A stretch of 63,992 bases of DNA, the filler included, from Bonamia ostreae (lineage: Eukaryota), in NCBI GenBank assembly GCA_040357525.1. It is 9 parts of 9 records of this genome, joined end to end, with 100 filler letters (N's around TTAATTAATTAA, not from the genome) between each part and the next. Parts side by side here need not be neighbours in the genome. Positions count along the whole stretch, not along the records: positions 22,340 to 29,585 come from JBDODL010000089.1; positions 29,686 to 36,894 come from JBDODL010000090.1; positions 36,995 to 44,185 come from JBDODL010000091.1; 6 more parts are not named here. One strand, given 5' to 3'. Shown here in pieces: positions 26,069-38,447 of this stretch. The notes beneath the pieces were generated by a model. The model was not told the DNA's origin. It did not search any database and was given only the letters and a program-made list of their open reading frames with translations. Position 1 is the first letter of the stretch; the number at the start of each line of letters is the position of its first letter. The translations under genes and the position numbers were made by a program.

Positions 26069-27629
26069 ATGAATTCTAACAGCGATGTGAATTTTGTTGA
26101 TCTAAAAAAAATCGGCATTATGCGTTCCACTGCAAACCTTGTGAACATCATCCTCGGAAGTTTTGTTTCTACAAATCAACAGGCGGAGTACTGTACATAC
26201 CCAAAGCTTTGTCTCAATCAGGGTTTTATTTTGGTGTATTTTTGTTGGTATTGGTCTCAGCCATGAGCGCTTACATTAGCGTGGAATTGGTGAAAATAGC
26301 AAAAAAAGGTTTGAACTGTTTTCAATCATTCGAAAAAAGAGAAAGTAAACGAATATGAGACATTAGCGGAAAGAGCTGGTGGAACTTGGTTGTTCTATCT
26401 GACGAGCGTTTTTTGCTTTCTCTACTCATTTGGTGCATTAGTTTTGTTAAATATTTAAAAAAGATGAACTACAGTGAGTTAATCAAGTCGAGCATCGAGT
26501 CGATTCTGGAGAATTACTGGACGACGACGCAACTAAAACAGCATTGGGTTTCTATTGGGATCACCCTGGCATTGTTTTCGCTCGTGGTGACACCACTTTC
26601 ATTGTTACGCCAACTAAGCATGCTATCGTGGACGTCTATTCTCAGTGTTTCTACATTCTGTCTTCTCGCGATAGGCGTTATAATAGCGGGTGTGCGCACC
26701 TTTTCACAAGTTTTTAAATTTATGCAATCAAGCCGACTGTTCCAACAAACCCTAGTTTTTCTGGAATCGTAGCAGCATTTGGTAATTTTAATTATAACAT
26801 TGGCAAAAAGGAACTCTGTCATATTCTTTTGTTTGTACGGATAGCATTTTCCCTGTCTATTTGGGGCTGGAAAATCCAACACAAGGCCGTTGGAACAAAG
26901 TCGTGATTTCTACCGTTGCAACCATAGGTGGGTTGTACCTAATATTTTCGACAGCTTGCTTTTTTTTGATCCCTGTACTTGTTACAATTTTCACTTTTAA
27001 AAAAGGACGATTTTGTTTTAAACTCGCCTGAAATCTCCAACTTGATCGAAATAAACATCTGTAAATTGCTTCTTGCAATCACTATAATTTTCACTTACGT
27101 TGTAAATCTGCACGTCTCTCGAACTTACCTATACGCCATGATAGGCCAAGCTGGCAAATTTGTAGATCGTTTAAACGCAAAGAAACTAATGTTTCTTCAT
27201 GTTGGCATAACGCTTTCGTTTTTAGAATCACTTTAAAGGGTGATCGTTTTAACGCTAACATTTGGCCTCTTGATCGGAGATTTGATGTTTATCGTGGAAA
27301 TTACTGGATTAGTGTCTAGTACGGTTGTCGGGTTCACTATTCCAGTTTTCATCATCTTCAAGGTTTTTATGCTTCCAACAATGTCTTGATATACTTCTTA
27401 GTTATATTATACTTTTATAATAAATTATAATTTTGCGTATTTATAGATGAAAACATTTGAAAAGTTGTTTGGGGAATTTATTGACACATTTAAATGTAAA
27501 AAGAAATTTAAATCGGGTTTCAAAGCTGTTATGGACTTTTCTATCCCAATATTCATTTTTATTTTCGGAATTATTGCATTCATTGTTGGCCCCCCATTAG
27601 TCATAATGGATTACTTGAAGAAAGAGTAA
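26069..27629 (+). CDS. Amino acid transporter (Aa_trans/SLC38-like), many short introns
   Basis: NLVNIILGSGVLYIPKALSQSG, PLSLLRQLSMLSWTS, multiple TM helices; introns at 26160-26182 and 26441-26463. Confidence 0.85.
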
Positions 27630-27763
27630 ATGAGATGTGCTTCTAAAAATAAAATTTTTTGTTTATAAAATTTTGGTAAAAGTGTGCGAGGATAAGGAGC
27701 TACCGGCAAAAAAAGAGTCAGTTTCGACGATTTGGACGTAATTAATTAACATAAACTGCCGAA

Positions 27764-28376
27764 ATGTTTAAAAGTGCCTCAATGTTCTTTTTGTCGTTGA
27801 TCGACATGTTGTTCGGATGCCTGTCTTCGATGCTCGGGTACAAATATTTACATTCCTTCGACGTAGTCGTCGGCTTCCTGTGTTTTGTTTTAATTCGAAG
27901 TCACAACGACTGGAATTCTGCTCTTCTTCGCTTCATGTATAGACTCGTCTGTATTCCTAACCTTCACTATCTTCTTTGTGGCGGTTTCCACATTGATATC
28001 GCCCTGTCAAGTGTTTTATTGGGCTTCAGAAGCAAAAAAATATTGCGCTGGCAATTTAGATGATACGAAGAAGTGCTTGAAATTTGTCACTACTTGGACT
28101 TTTATCTGTTTTACGAATTTTAAAATTTATTTCGCATATTTTCTGCTCAATTACTTTTTATCACTAACATAAATTCTTAAAGGTGTGGGCGCCTTTCTCA
28201 TTAGTTTCATATCACTGGTTTTGGTTTCAGTGAAAATATCTAGCATCGGTAAGAAAGAATCTCAATTGAAAACGAATCCTCAAAGAAAGAAAAGACGCCA
28301 CGAGGAAATATCGCTTTCGGTTCCGTTCAGAATGAGCAGGAAAAACGAAGACGATAGGGTTGGATTAAATGTTTGA
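27764..28376 (+). CDS. Hypothetical membrane protein, multi-exon
   Basis: Chain of hydrophobic ORFs separated by short GT-AG segments. Confidence 0.45.
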
Positions 28377-29519
28377 GTATTTATACTCAGTAACTTGAAA
28401 CCTAAAATCAATGTCATTAACGATAAAATTTTGGTAACTCGAAGTATAAATTATGTAAACAACATAATAAAAAAGCTTTTTTTTATAAAATGTGTCGCCT
28501 AAAATTTGAAAATTTGTTTTAAAAGAGAACGCTACAGAGATCCAACCTTTGGCTTTTTTAAGAAAACCTCTGTTTATGGTAACACTGAGATCAGTGAATT
28601 TTATCCAAGAACCCTCTGAGAGCGCTAAGACTCGTTTGAAAGTCTGCTCTCCTGTTTTCTTTTCGATAACGATGGGCATAAATGAACCCTTTGTCTTGTT
28701 TATCACCAAATCCGTCATTCTTTCTATTCTTTTAATTGTGATTTGGCAAAACTGGTAACGGAATTTTTTCTTGTTATTAGTTCCATCCCACACGAAGAGT
28801 AGAATCGTGCCATTATCAAGATTTCTTTTCTCGATTACCTTTATTCGTTTAAAATAACCTGGCATTCGATGTTTTGCGTGCCGTATCCTAAATCCTTTAT
28901 TTCTTTACAAGTGTGGGAAACGACAAAGTTGTTTTTCTTTGCAAAGACTTTCAAAAATTTTATTCTGTAGTAATCAGACGGGAAAGGGAGATTATCTGAA
29001 GACTTTTAAATATAATCTGACATGTTGGGATGTGGATTGTTTTAAAGGGAATGCGCGAAGACGATATACAAAACAACATGACATATTAAGAAGAGTGTTT
29101 ATCCGTAGTAATTTTTACAGTTTAAATACAAAAAATAATTAGATATGTGAAGACGTAGAATGCCTCAATATTCGTTTTAGCTGTGCAGCTGTAAACACGC
29201 CACCGACACGAAGATTTTTCAGGAACGACCAGAACAATGTTACAGTTGTTAATGACGTCTGCTTTGATGCATAAACAGACAAAAATCGAAGGGGCCTCGA
29301 AGCCTTTTACTGGTAGGTTGGATCCACTAAACAAGTTTACACTTGTTAATCGGTTTGTGGTCTGATCGATAATTTTAAAGCTAATCATATATGTGGCCCC
29401 TTAATTTATCAACTGAAACGGTTTCTAACTTGTTTTCTCGCCTTCGACATCACTATAATGCCACTAACGTTGTATTCGCCCGATTTTATGACATTTTGAA
29501 GCTTTGTGAATTCGGGCAT
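28365..29519 (-). CDS. POT1: POT1/TEBP-alpha-like telomere ssDNA-binding OB-fold protein
   Basis: OB1: YNVSGIIV..TYMISFKIIDQT..VNLFS..LP; OB2: LLFVWDGT; 20-nt intron at 29400-29419. Confidence 0.72.
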
Positions 29520-29585
29520 TATTTAAATAAGTTGATATAAATCAAAATGTATTTCGGATAGCAACTTCCAATAAATCTCTTCTAG

Positions 29586-29685
29586 NNNNNNNNNNNNNNN
29601 NNNNNNNNNNNNNNNNNNNNNNNNNNNNNTTAATTAATTAANNNNNNNNNNNNNNNNNNNNNNNNNNNNNNNNNNNNNNNNNNNN
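29586..29685. other. Artificial contig-joining spacer
   Basis: Same linker. Confidence 0.98.
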
Positions 29686-29754
29686 TGTCATCATAGCAAA
29701 AAAAGATAATATAGTAAACGATTAAATATCATAGCAAAAAATAATATTTTACCA

Positions 29755-30320
29755 GTGAACGATTTGTTAATAACTTATCATGTTCTGTGCAAGGATGTCA
29801 ATGTAGCCAACAAAGATATAATAAAATATTCCAAGGAAAAGTTAATGTCAACTATAGATTTTCTTGAACAAACATTGAAATTCGGCAAATCTGAAATCGC
29901 ATTCCATTTTTTAAATGACAAAAATCCCCAACTTGTCATCGACGAATGCAGAAACGAATATGAAAAGTATTGCAATGTTTATTTTTTGTACTATTACGAC
30001 TTTCAAACTATGGACGAAGATGATCTAAACGAAAACCCCCAAAACACTTCACAGTTCTTACTCGATACCGCCGAAGAAATAAGAAAAAACAAACGAAAAA
30101 GTGATAAAAGTAAAATTTGGAATGAACTTAAATTGTTAATACAAAGCGATAGCCAAAAAATTGATCCAGATTTTTTCAAACGTTTTTACAAGCAAATTGT
30201 TGTGCCATGTTTAAATAAGATATTACAGTTTTTTTTATCCAAAATAGACGTTCAACAAAATTGCAAGACGCGTTTAATCAAATGGATTACAAGAACATGT
30301 CTTATTTGCTTTGCTATTAA
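29755..30320 (+). CDS. Lineage-specific hypothetical protein (paralog of 35898-36405)
   Basis: ORF plus a 20-nt intron at 30228-30247 giving the C-terminus RSTKLQDAFNQMDYKNMSYLLCY*. Confidence 0.6.
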
Positions 30321-30495
30321 ACGACTTATTGTTTTTCGATTGGACATATTTTGCAAATAAACAAAATTTATTTTTGGTTATTTAAACACGAAAAAACCAA
30401 TAAAAAATAAACAGCAAAACAGATCGCCAAATAACAAAATTATGGAAAACAAGTTTGAAATAACATAATATGAAACTACAAATTTATAAAACTAC

Positions 30496-33322
30496 TTAAG
30501 ATTTGAAAGACATGTTGTTTGAAGCGATGAGGGCCCATTTCAGGGACTGCTTAACGGATTCGTTTTGCGCCGAATTTCCGATTTCAAACAATTTTCGAAC
30601 AGACTGATTCGCAGACAGCGGCGCCAAAGTTTCTTTCAGAATATCAGCCATGTCACTTTTTGTGATTTTTTGTAAACATTAGCGATTTATAATTTTAACA
30701 AATATCAAATTTTGTGATTTGACAATATATCAAATATTATATTAGCAATTATATTAGCAATTATATGCAAATCGAAACCCGATTAAAGCTAGAGCAGATG
30801 AAACAACTTCAGGGCTTTTTTCATCATCGTTTACGACTTTGTCGACAAGATCGACGATCGGAGCGATGAACTGGAAAAACTTTTGTTTCGGCTCGATGGC
30901 GCGGACAGAGTGCAAAATCATCGAGAAGGTCTCGAAAAGCGCCGACCGAAGCGAATTCGAAAACTCGATGTCCGCATAACTGTTTCCCGCCAACTGCATT
31001 TTCGCCACTCTCTCCAGAAGAGACATCACGTGGCTAAAGTACCGCCCAAAATTCTCATTCAGCGACAGCGCGATGTCGCCAAAGCACACTATCACGCTCG
31101 GCTTCACCCTCCTTTCCACCGACGGGTTCTGCAGCGTTTTGATCAGCGCCTGCACAAAATCGTCCGCCATCTTGTTTTGGTACAAAGCGTTCCCCATCGC
31201 CCGGAACACGTCACCCACGACTCCGATGGAGACCTGGCACGCGTCCGGGCCGAGGCTGTTCCCCAAACCGCTCATCAGAAACGGTTTGAGCTCCGACACG
31301 AAATGGCTCATCTTGGACTTGATTTCTTCGATTCGAGTGTAAAAACTTGTGATGACCGCTCCGATGGCCAACAAGACCTCCTCGAAAATGGTTTTGTCTC
31401 GCGAGTTCAAGACGACGAACAGTACTTTCATAATGTCGTCCACTCTCTCTAAAACGTCGTCTTCCGCCATCACTTTTATGACGCTCGAGATGGAGCCGAC
31501 CAACACGGCTTGCAGATTGCTTATTTGGATGGCGTGGTCGACCGAGGCGCTCAAGCTGCGCTTCAGGTCGGCCGTGAAAAGGGCGGCTAGTTTGAGCACG
31601 TCGTTTTTGGACTGCTCCGCCGCGGACAAAACGATTTGGTTTACCGTTTCGTAGCAGCAGAACAGCAATTGGTGTTCGCCGCTGTCCGGTCGTTTCGAGG
31701 TTTCCAGAAGCGCTTGTACCAGGTTCTGGAAGAACGGCGTCAGCGCGTTCGCTCCGAGGCTGGGCTGGTTTTCGGCGGTCGCGCTGGCGATGCTGTGCAA
31801 GCACCAGCAGCAGTTCGCGGCGATCTTGGGGCGGTCTTTGAGGCCTTTGATGGCTGTTTGGAGCAGCAGCGCGAGGCGGTCCGAGTTGACCATCTGGGCG
31901 CCGAAGGTCTTGCAGATGCGCGCCAGAGTCCAGGTGGCCGTGTCGCGGAGGAAGGCGTTGTCGGAGGCGCAGAAGGAGAGGATGACGTTGTAGCAGTCGG
32001 AGACGATGGGCGCCAGAGTTTCCTTCCCGGGCCCTTCCATCAGAACTCCGACTGCGCAGACGGCGGCTTCAGCCTGTCGCCAGTCGTTCGAGCGGAGGTG
32101 GGAGCGTAGGAAGGGGACCAACAAGGGGGCGAGTTCGTCTTTGGCGCATCTCGAGACGAGCTGGAGACACGCGGAAGAGGCGCTCGCGCCGTTGACGGCG
32201 TCTTCTTCAAAGTTTTCTTCCGTTTGTCTGGTCATCTGCTCGAGCAACAATGGGACTACTCCCGGGAGAGATCGCGCGATGTAATTTTTGGAGTCTTCCT
32301 TGCGCGTGAAAACGGCTTCCACGGGGGCCTGCAACTCGGTCTCGTATTCTGACAGCGTGGCCCAAAAATCGAGTGCTCTCAGAACCACAGATTGCGGAGT
32401 GGAGGAGTTCCTCAGAACTCGCGCGGTCTCTTTCAGAACGTCCGAGATGGACTCGGAGAGGAAGCGGTAATGGACCTCAGAAAACCGCGTGAAGAACTCG
32501 AAGGCAGCCACAGACATGTTTTCGTCTTCGCCGCGAAGACATTCGAACACGGCGTTGGTGACGACTACGCGGCCCCGGTCATTGCTCAGAACGTCCTGCG
32601 AAAAAAAGAGCGCCTGATAAATCATCTGGAGCACTAAAGACTTAACGAAAGGAGGCAGTTTGGAACGAAGAGCTTCTACGGACAGTTCGAAGATGGCGTT
32701 CGCATGTTTTTCCATGTGATCCGGAACCTCTTCACACAGATAACCGATCGTTTTGAAAGCGCCTTCAGAGGCATTGGCGGAGATGGCGTTCTCCTGCTCG
32801 GAATTGTTAGCGGAAATGGGAGCTGAAGCCATTTTTATGAGGTTCTGTACCAGGTTGGGCCAATTGTCGAAGGGCATTTCCACAGAGGCGATCTTGGAGA
32901 CGACCAAAGCGGAGACGCTCCGGGAAGTCTGGTTTTTGGAATTGAGCATTCCGAGGACTTTTTCGCGAATCGTTGCCCTGTTTTCGGCCGGTATTTTGAT
33001 CCATCTCGCTTGCAGCGATTTCTTTAGTTCTGTGTTCTTTGTTTTAATTTCAAATTACTTTCGCGTCAACGGCGTTTTTGAGGAGAATTCCGGCTAAGAG
33101 AACTGATTGAGTCGGTTTGTTCTCGTTCGAAAGCTCATCGCATAAAAGATTGAGATAATTAGTCTGACATTAAAAAAATAACAAAATCGTTTTGTTCCAT
33201 TTCTTTGAGGTAACCTTCGGCTTGCTTGCGAATGGTCCCGTCTTTGGCAAATTAGAAATCAAACCGGGATTCTGTGTGGCCAGAAGAGTGTTTGTTAATT
33301 CAAAGTTTGCCATTCTACTCAT
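30496..33322 (-). CDS. KPNB1: Importin subunit beta-1
   Basis: HEAT repeats; IGYLCEE, ALDFWATL, DWRQAEAA, LRDTATWTLARI, VKPSVIVCFGDIAL; introns include 33242-33264 and 31326-31346. Confidence 0.95.
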
Positions 33323-33729
33323 ATAGCAACCTTTATTATTATTTAGCTTTGGCTTATATATTAACAAAATTGCATATTCCCCGTTTAGCCTTTTAAATTT
33401 TTTATTCGCGAGATGGCTTAATATGATCTTATGAACGGATTTAACCGTTTTTGATTCATTTTTTTCCAAATCAACCATTTGGAATTGTTATTGCGATTTT
33501 TAATAAATTTTTTCGGTGGATGAAATCTTCTCAAGGAATGTAGATTTAATTGAATCTTTATTGACTAAAAATATACCGTTTAAGCGATTGAATAGGAAAT
33601 GTCACATAATTTTCTGTACGTAAGATTGTAAAGATGTTAATGACTGTTGTCATTCAATTAAATTAGCATTACAGTCAATATTTCCGGGTAAAAAGACTGG
33701 AAATGTTATAAATTATATTAATACAAACA

Positions 33730-35375
33730 ATGACCATTTTAGTTGTTATAATAATTTCTTCAATACATTCTCAGTCAATTCCAATGCAAAAAAACGAAGT
33801 GGCATCTTGCTACGCTCTTTTTCGCGAAAGCTGTCACTGTGAAAATGACTGGGCCAAATATAAAATATTTTCCGATGAATGTCTACCGATATTTAATATT
33901 AGTAACAAAAATGCCATTGTAACAAACTCCTTTGTAACAAACATTTATGAATGTGGAGGTGATTTGACGATTTCCTTGGCTGCCTTTGACCAAAGTGGCA
34001 ATTTTTTGGAATTCTTAAAAATGACAAAATTCAAAAATGTGGAATTATTGAATTGTTTTCTAACAATTTTACCGAACGGGGCTAATTTTATACGGTATTT
34101 TGAGTATTTTGATGACATAGGGTCGGTATACCAGTCAAAAAAGTATTTTTATGATAACAATAACATCAAATTAGAACCAAAATTTTTAAATGGAAAAGTT
34201 ATCGTAAGGTCAAGTCTTTACAAAAACAGTTTTTATTAAAAATTGTAGATTTTTATGTGAAAGGGATAACAGATATCAAAAAATCGAAGATGAAAAATTT
34301 GAAGATACAAACTATTAAAATTATCGATAACGATAACGTTGAATATGTAGTTTATGTCAATGACACAATCAGCAATATTCAAATATCAAACGAAGATGAT
34401 TCTTTTGTCAAACAATTTTTACTTAATAATCAGACAAACACTTTTTCAATCGATTTTTATGATTTTAATGTTACCAAAACCGATGGCAGTTTCAATAATT
34501 ATATAAACAATAACAAAAACGATCCAAATAATGGAAACAGTAACATTGATGTGAAGGAAAATGATGTGGCATCCCATATAAAAATATTAACGGTGCACAA
34601 AGATAAAAGAATTAAATCAAAATGTGAATTAAAAATGACTATTTGTTTATTCTTCGATAAATCGAGGTTCGATTTTGATTCGCAACAAGATCTTTATTAT
34701 CAAAACGGGATCTTTCAAGAACAAATTGATCTAGTGAACAGATTTTACGAACGATTTGATATTTTAATAGATGGCGAATTAATAATGGACATTTTCATAA
34801 TTTTGAATGAAAAAGAATTCAAAAAAGTTAGTTTGAGCAGAGATAGAAAAGACGTCTTGTTTCACGTACTCGAATCGTTGTTTAATCGAACGGTCCTTCA
34901 AAAAGATTTCAGTTTTGTAGCAGATAACGATCTTTGTATAGAAAAATGGCGTTCAAAAGACGCCAATGAATTAGAAAAATCTAATTTTGTTAAAGAGGGA
35001 CTAATCATTATATCTATTTTCAATGAAAATGATGGTAAGAATAAATTTTTGTTGGTAAAGAATATAAAAGATGAGCAGACTTTGACAACAAATTTTGAAA
35101 GATTTGAAAATTTTAATAATATCTTTGAAACTTTAGAAGAATGGATAATTAAAGACATTAAATGTATTTATAAAAAGAATTTAAAGAAAATATGGTTATA
35201 TGTACTTCTAAGTTTATCTCTTTTAATCATTTTCTTGTTTCTATTTGCTTCACTGTGGCTTCAGAGAATAAAAAATAAAGAAAGACAAAAGTCTTTAAAA
35301 TCTAACGAAGTAAATTTTGGAAATTCTAAGAATGATGAAGTTAAAGTTCTTTCGCCTGAAATTTTGATTATGTAA
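33730..35375 (+). CDS. Orphan type I membrane protein (2 exons)
   Basis: Signal peptide MTILVVIIISSIHS; TM IWLYVLLSLSLLIIFLFLFASLW; short basic tail. Confidence 0.7.
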
Positions 35376-35897
35376 ATATTCAGTTAATCTTTACTATTTT
35401 TTAAATAAAAAGTCTTTTAAATAAATTTATTAAATATAAAAATTGAAGATTTATTAAATATCTTCGTTTGATAATATGTTGACACGTTGTTTCAATAAAA
35501 GATTAGTACAAAAAATTAGATCTTCAATTGTCGAAAGAATAAATTTTATTTTCGTTTGCGCTCATTTACGTAGTGAAAAATCTGCCATTGTCAAAATGGG
35601 GAGAATTTGGAAAATTTGGTTTAGAATAAATTAAAAAGACAAATTAATAAAAGATAAAATATCTTCGCAAAATGTCAAAAAAATATAACTGATTTTTAAA
35701 GCAATAAAAATTAAATTTTTCTGGGTTAAAGACCTTTCTTTTCTAATTGTTACATCAGTCATATTAATTTAGTTTTCAAAAATTAAAGTTAGATTTCCAT
35801 TAAAGATTATATTAAGTTTGTTTTTCAGACTATAAAATCTTTATCTTATAAATATTTTCGTCGTTGCAAGGAACTTTATATTCATTACTACAAAATA

Positions 35898-36405
35898 TTG
35901 CAAGGAAAATATTCAATGCAAACGGAAGATAATTTCGACCATATTTTAAGCGAGGAAGAATGTAAAACCGCATTCAAACTGTTAAACAAAGAAAATTCTC
36001 AACTCGTCAGTCAAAATTTAAAAAATGGATATGAAATATTTTGCAACGAATATTTTATTATGTTCGAAGGTTACAAGTGTGCTGATGAAAACAATCGATA
36101 TGAAATCAACAAAAAACTAAAAGAATTGGTCGAAGCTTTCCAAACTTTGCGAAGATCAGAAAATTCGAAAAAGAAAAAGTTAAACGCGTTCAAAAAAATA
36201 CTATCGCCAAAATCATTTCACTAAATGACGAAAAATTAAAGAATGAAAGCTGCTGTAATTTGTTTTGTACAGTTTATGAAAGTTTGGCTGTGCCATGTTT
36301 ACAAAAAATATTCGCGTTTTTTAATTAAACAAAAGTCGTTCAAAAGAATTACAAAACGCGTACAACGAAATGAGATCTGAATCCAACTTTTACTTGTGTT
36401 ATTAA
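35898..36405 (+). pseudogene. Paralog of 29755-30320 with a frameshift at an A7 run (pseudogene or sequencing error)
   Basis: Shared VPCLxKI motif and intron 36316-36335; C-terminus RSKELQNAYNEMRSESNFYLCY*; frame break near 36192-36198. Confidence 0.5.
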
Positions 36406-36894
36406 ACGACTTTAATTTTCTGTTGGCGCATTAATTAAAATGACAACAACAAAATGATTTAATGTAAAAATTCCCATTCTTTATTATAAAAATTTTGCGT
36501 CTTAAAATAAAAGAAAAATTTTTATATTTAGAGACAATTGTTCAAATTTGCAGAGGCAATTTTAATATTTCAAGTCAAATAATTTTAAATTTAATCAAAT
36601 CTCTCCACTTTACATTTGCGCTTTGTTTTTACGAATCCTCGTTTTCGAAGATTCGCCGTTTTTGAATTTTATCCATTAAAAGATGTTTTATCAAAACATT
36701 ATTTCCATTTATTACAATGGCCAATTTTGTTTGTTTTGGATTTTTTGGAATTTGAATTTTTACAAAACTTTTCGCTAAAAACATTTCAAATTTTAAAATA
36801 TCTTTTACGTATTTATTAATCCATATCCATTCGCAATTTCCTTCCACTTTTTTTCGCCTTTTAAAATCTGTTTGATCACTTCCATACCGTCAGA

Positions 36895-36994
36895 NNNNNN
36901 NNNNNNNNNNNNNNNNNNNNNNNNNNNNNNNNNNNNNNTTAATTAATTAANNNNNNNNNNNNNNNNNNNNNNNNNNNNNNNNNNNNNNNNNNNN
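36895..36994. other. Artificial contig-joining spacer
   Basis: Same linker. Confidence 0.98.
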
Positions 36995-38330
36995 GAAAAA
37001 TTAAAAAGTGTGAGCTTGGAAATCATATAATAAGTCTTTGTGCTATTAACAGAAGATTTTATTAATAAAGAATCCCCATCTTCTTTCCAACTAAACTTAA
37101 CGCTTCCAGCTGACAATCTTTTGCTTCTAATCGATCTCGAAAAACTTTGAAGATAAAGTAGCAAAACTTCGGGAAATTGTAAACTGTCACTTTTGAAAGA
37201 CATTCCTTCGATATCAAATTTTGAAAGTCAAATTTAAAAAAGTCAATTTAAAATTTTGTTGAATTTTAAAATTAAATTGTACTTTGTTTTTGCTCTTTAG
37301 AAATAAAGCGATTCGTCCATTCGAAGCGGACATTGAGAAGCTTTTGAGCAAGAACGAAGTGTTTTTGTTTGCAGATTCGCCCTCTGTCGCTGAAGCATCG
37401 AAAACAAGAAATGGTTCAAAAATTGTTGTTTTTTCCGGTGCGTCGTCCGCGTTGAAAAAAAGTAATTTGTTTTTTTCATTGTAACAAAAAATGCTTTTCC
37501 CCTCAAAATCGAGCCATTTGAAAAACGGCCAATTTTCCGTATTGAAATTTTTCATGATCAGAGCGAAAATGATCTGAAATAAAAATCGTCCAAACTTTGT
37601 CGTGTACGATATCTCGTATTGTCAAGTTGGGCTCTTCCGCGTTTTGAAACTTATTCAACGAAACTAAAAATCTGTTGTTCGGGGAAATGTCTATTTCCTG
37701 AATATACTCTCTTTCCTAAATTTTAAAATTGAAAACAATTCTCCGTTTGTACATTATCGCGTCTGTGTTTGGAGAATTGTTCAGTTGGATTTTTGTTATC
37801 ATTTCTTCCAACTTTTTGTTATCGGATTCTATTTTCTCGCACCTTTCGGCGGTAACAAGTTTCTTTTTATTTTGGTGCGTTAATATCGCTAAACGATTCA
37901 AAATTTAATTTTTGAGGACTAGAGAAAAATTTTTGTTGATTAGAAAAAATTTTTTGTTGAATTTTGGTAAATGCAAACGAAGGAATATATTTTTTCGAAG
38001 GTTGCGCTTTTATAGATGTAAATAGAAAAATTATCGATAACGCCAATAAGAGAGCTATCGCGGCTCAAAACTATTTTGCGCGTAGTCTGGCCTCTTTAAA
38101 ATAAAAGAAGAAACTCTAAAAACGGTTTTAGGGCCGGGCCGGATTTGTTCGCTGGACTAAAGCTATATTTTGCTTCTTCGCGAACTTTTGGTTTACAGAA
38201 TCTTGCAAACTTAAAATTGTCTGAGGAATTGACATCTAGCGCGGAGAGCCGGGAAACTTAGCTTTATAATATATTTGGATGTGCTAAAATTTTAAAGCTT
38301 TTTAACAGTATTTGCTAAACTTTTGAAAGT
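36995..38330 (-). CDS. EIF2A: Translation initiation factor eIF2A (WD-type), 3' truncated; 5' end approximate
   Basis: EEPNLTIRD..KNFNTENWPFFKW and SAGSVKFSWKEDGDSLLIKSSVNSTKTYY match eIF2A propeller motifs. Confidence 0.6.
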
Positions 38331-38447
38331 AGTGATTTGTCGACTGTGAGAATAATGAAGATAAGTTTTATGATATGATTGTATAAGTTTGGAGAAAGAT
38401 TTAACAAAAGGAATTTATCGATATTTTCAAAAATCAATTAAAAATAT

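Noticed and set aside
30883-32637. Multiple antisense/overlapping ORFs over KPNB1 (also over the cyclin, RPL5 and 13578-14723)
   Set aside because: Expected shadow ORFs in GC-rich coding DNA; no recognisable products
37890-37978. Possible non-canonical (GC-AG) intron in eIF2A
   Set aside because: I could not close the frame with a GT-AG pair, but a 1-nt indel in a T-run explains it equally well; undecidable without reads
37980-38280. GC-richer ORF-free stretch as an RNase P/MRP or other ncRNA
   Set aside because: Reads as intron-split 5' exons of the eIF2A-like gene (KIVLSRDSSLIGVID)
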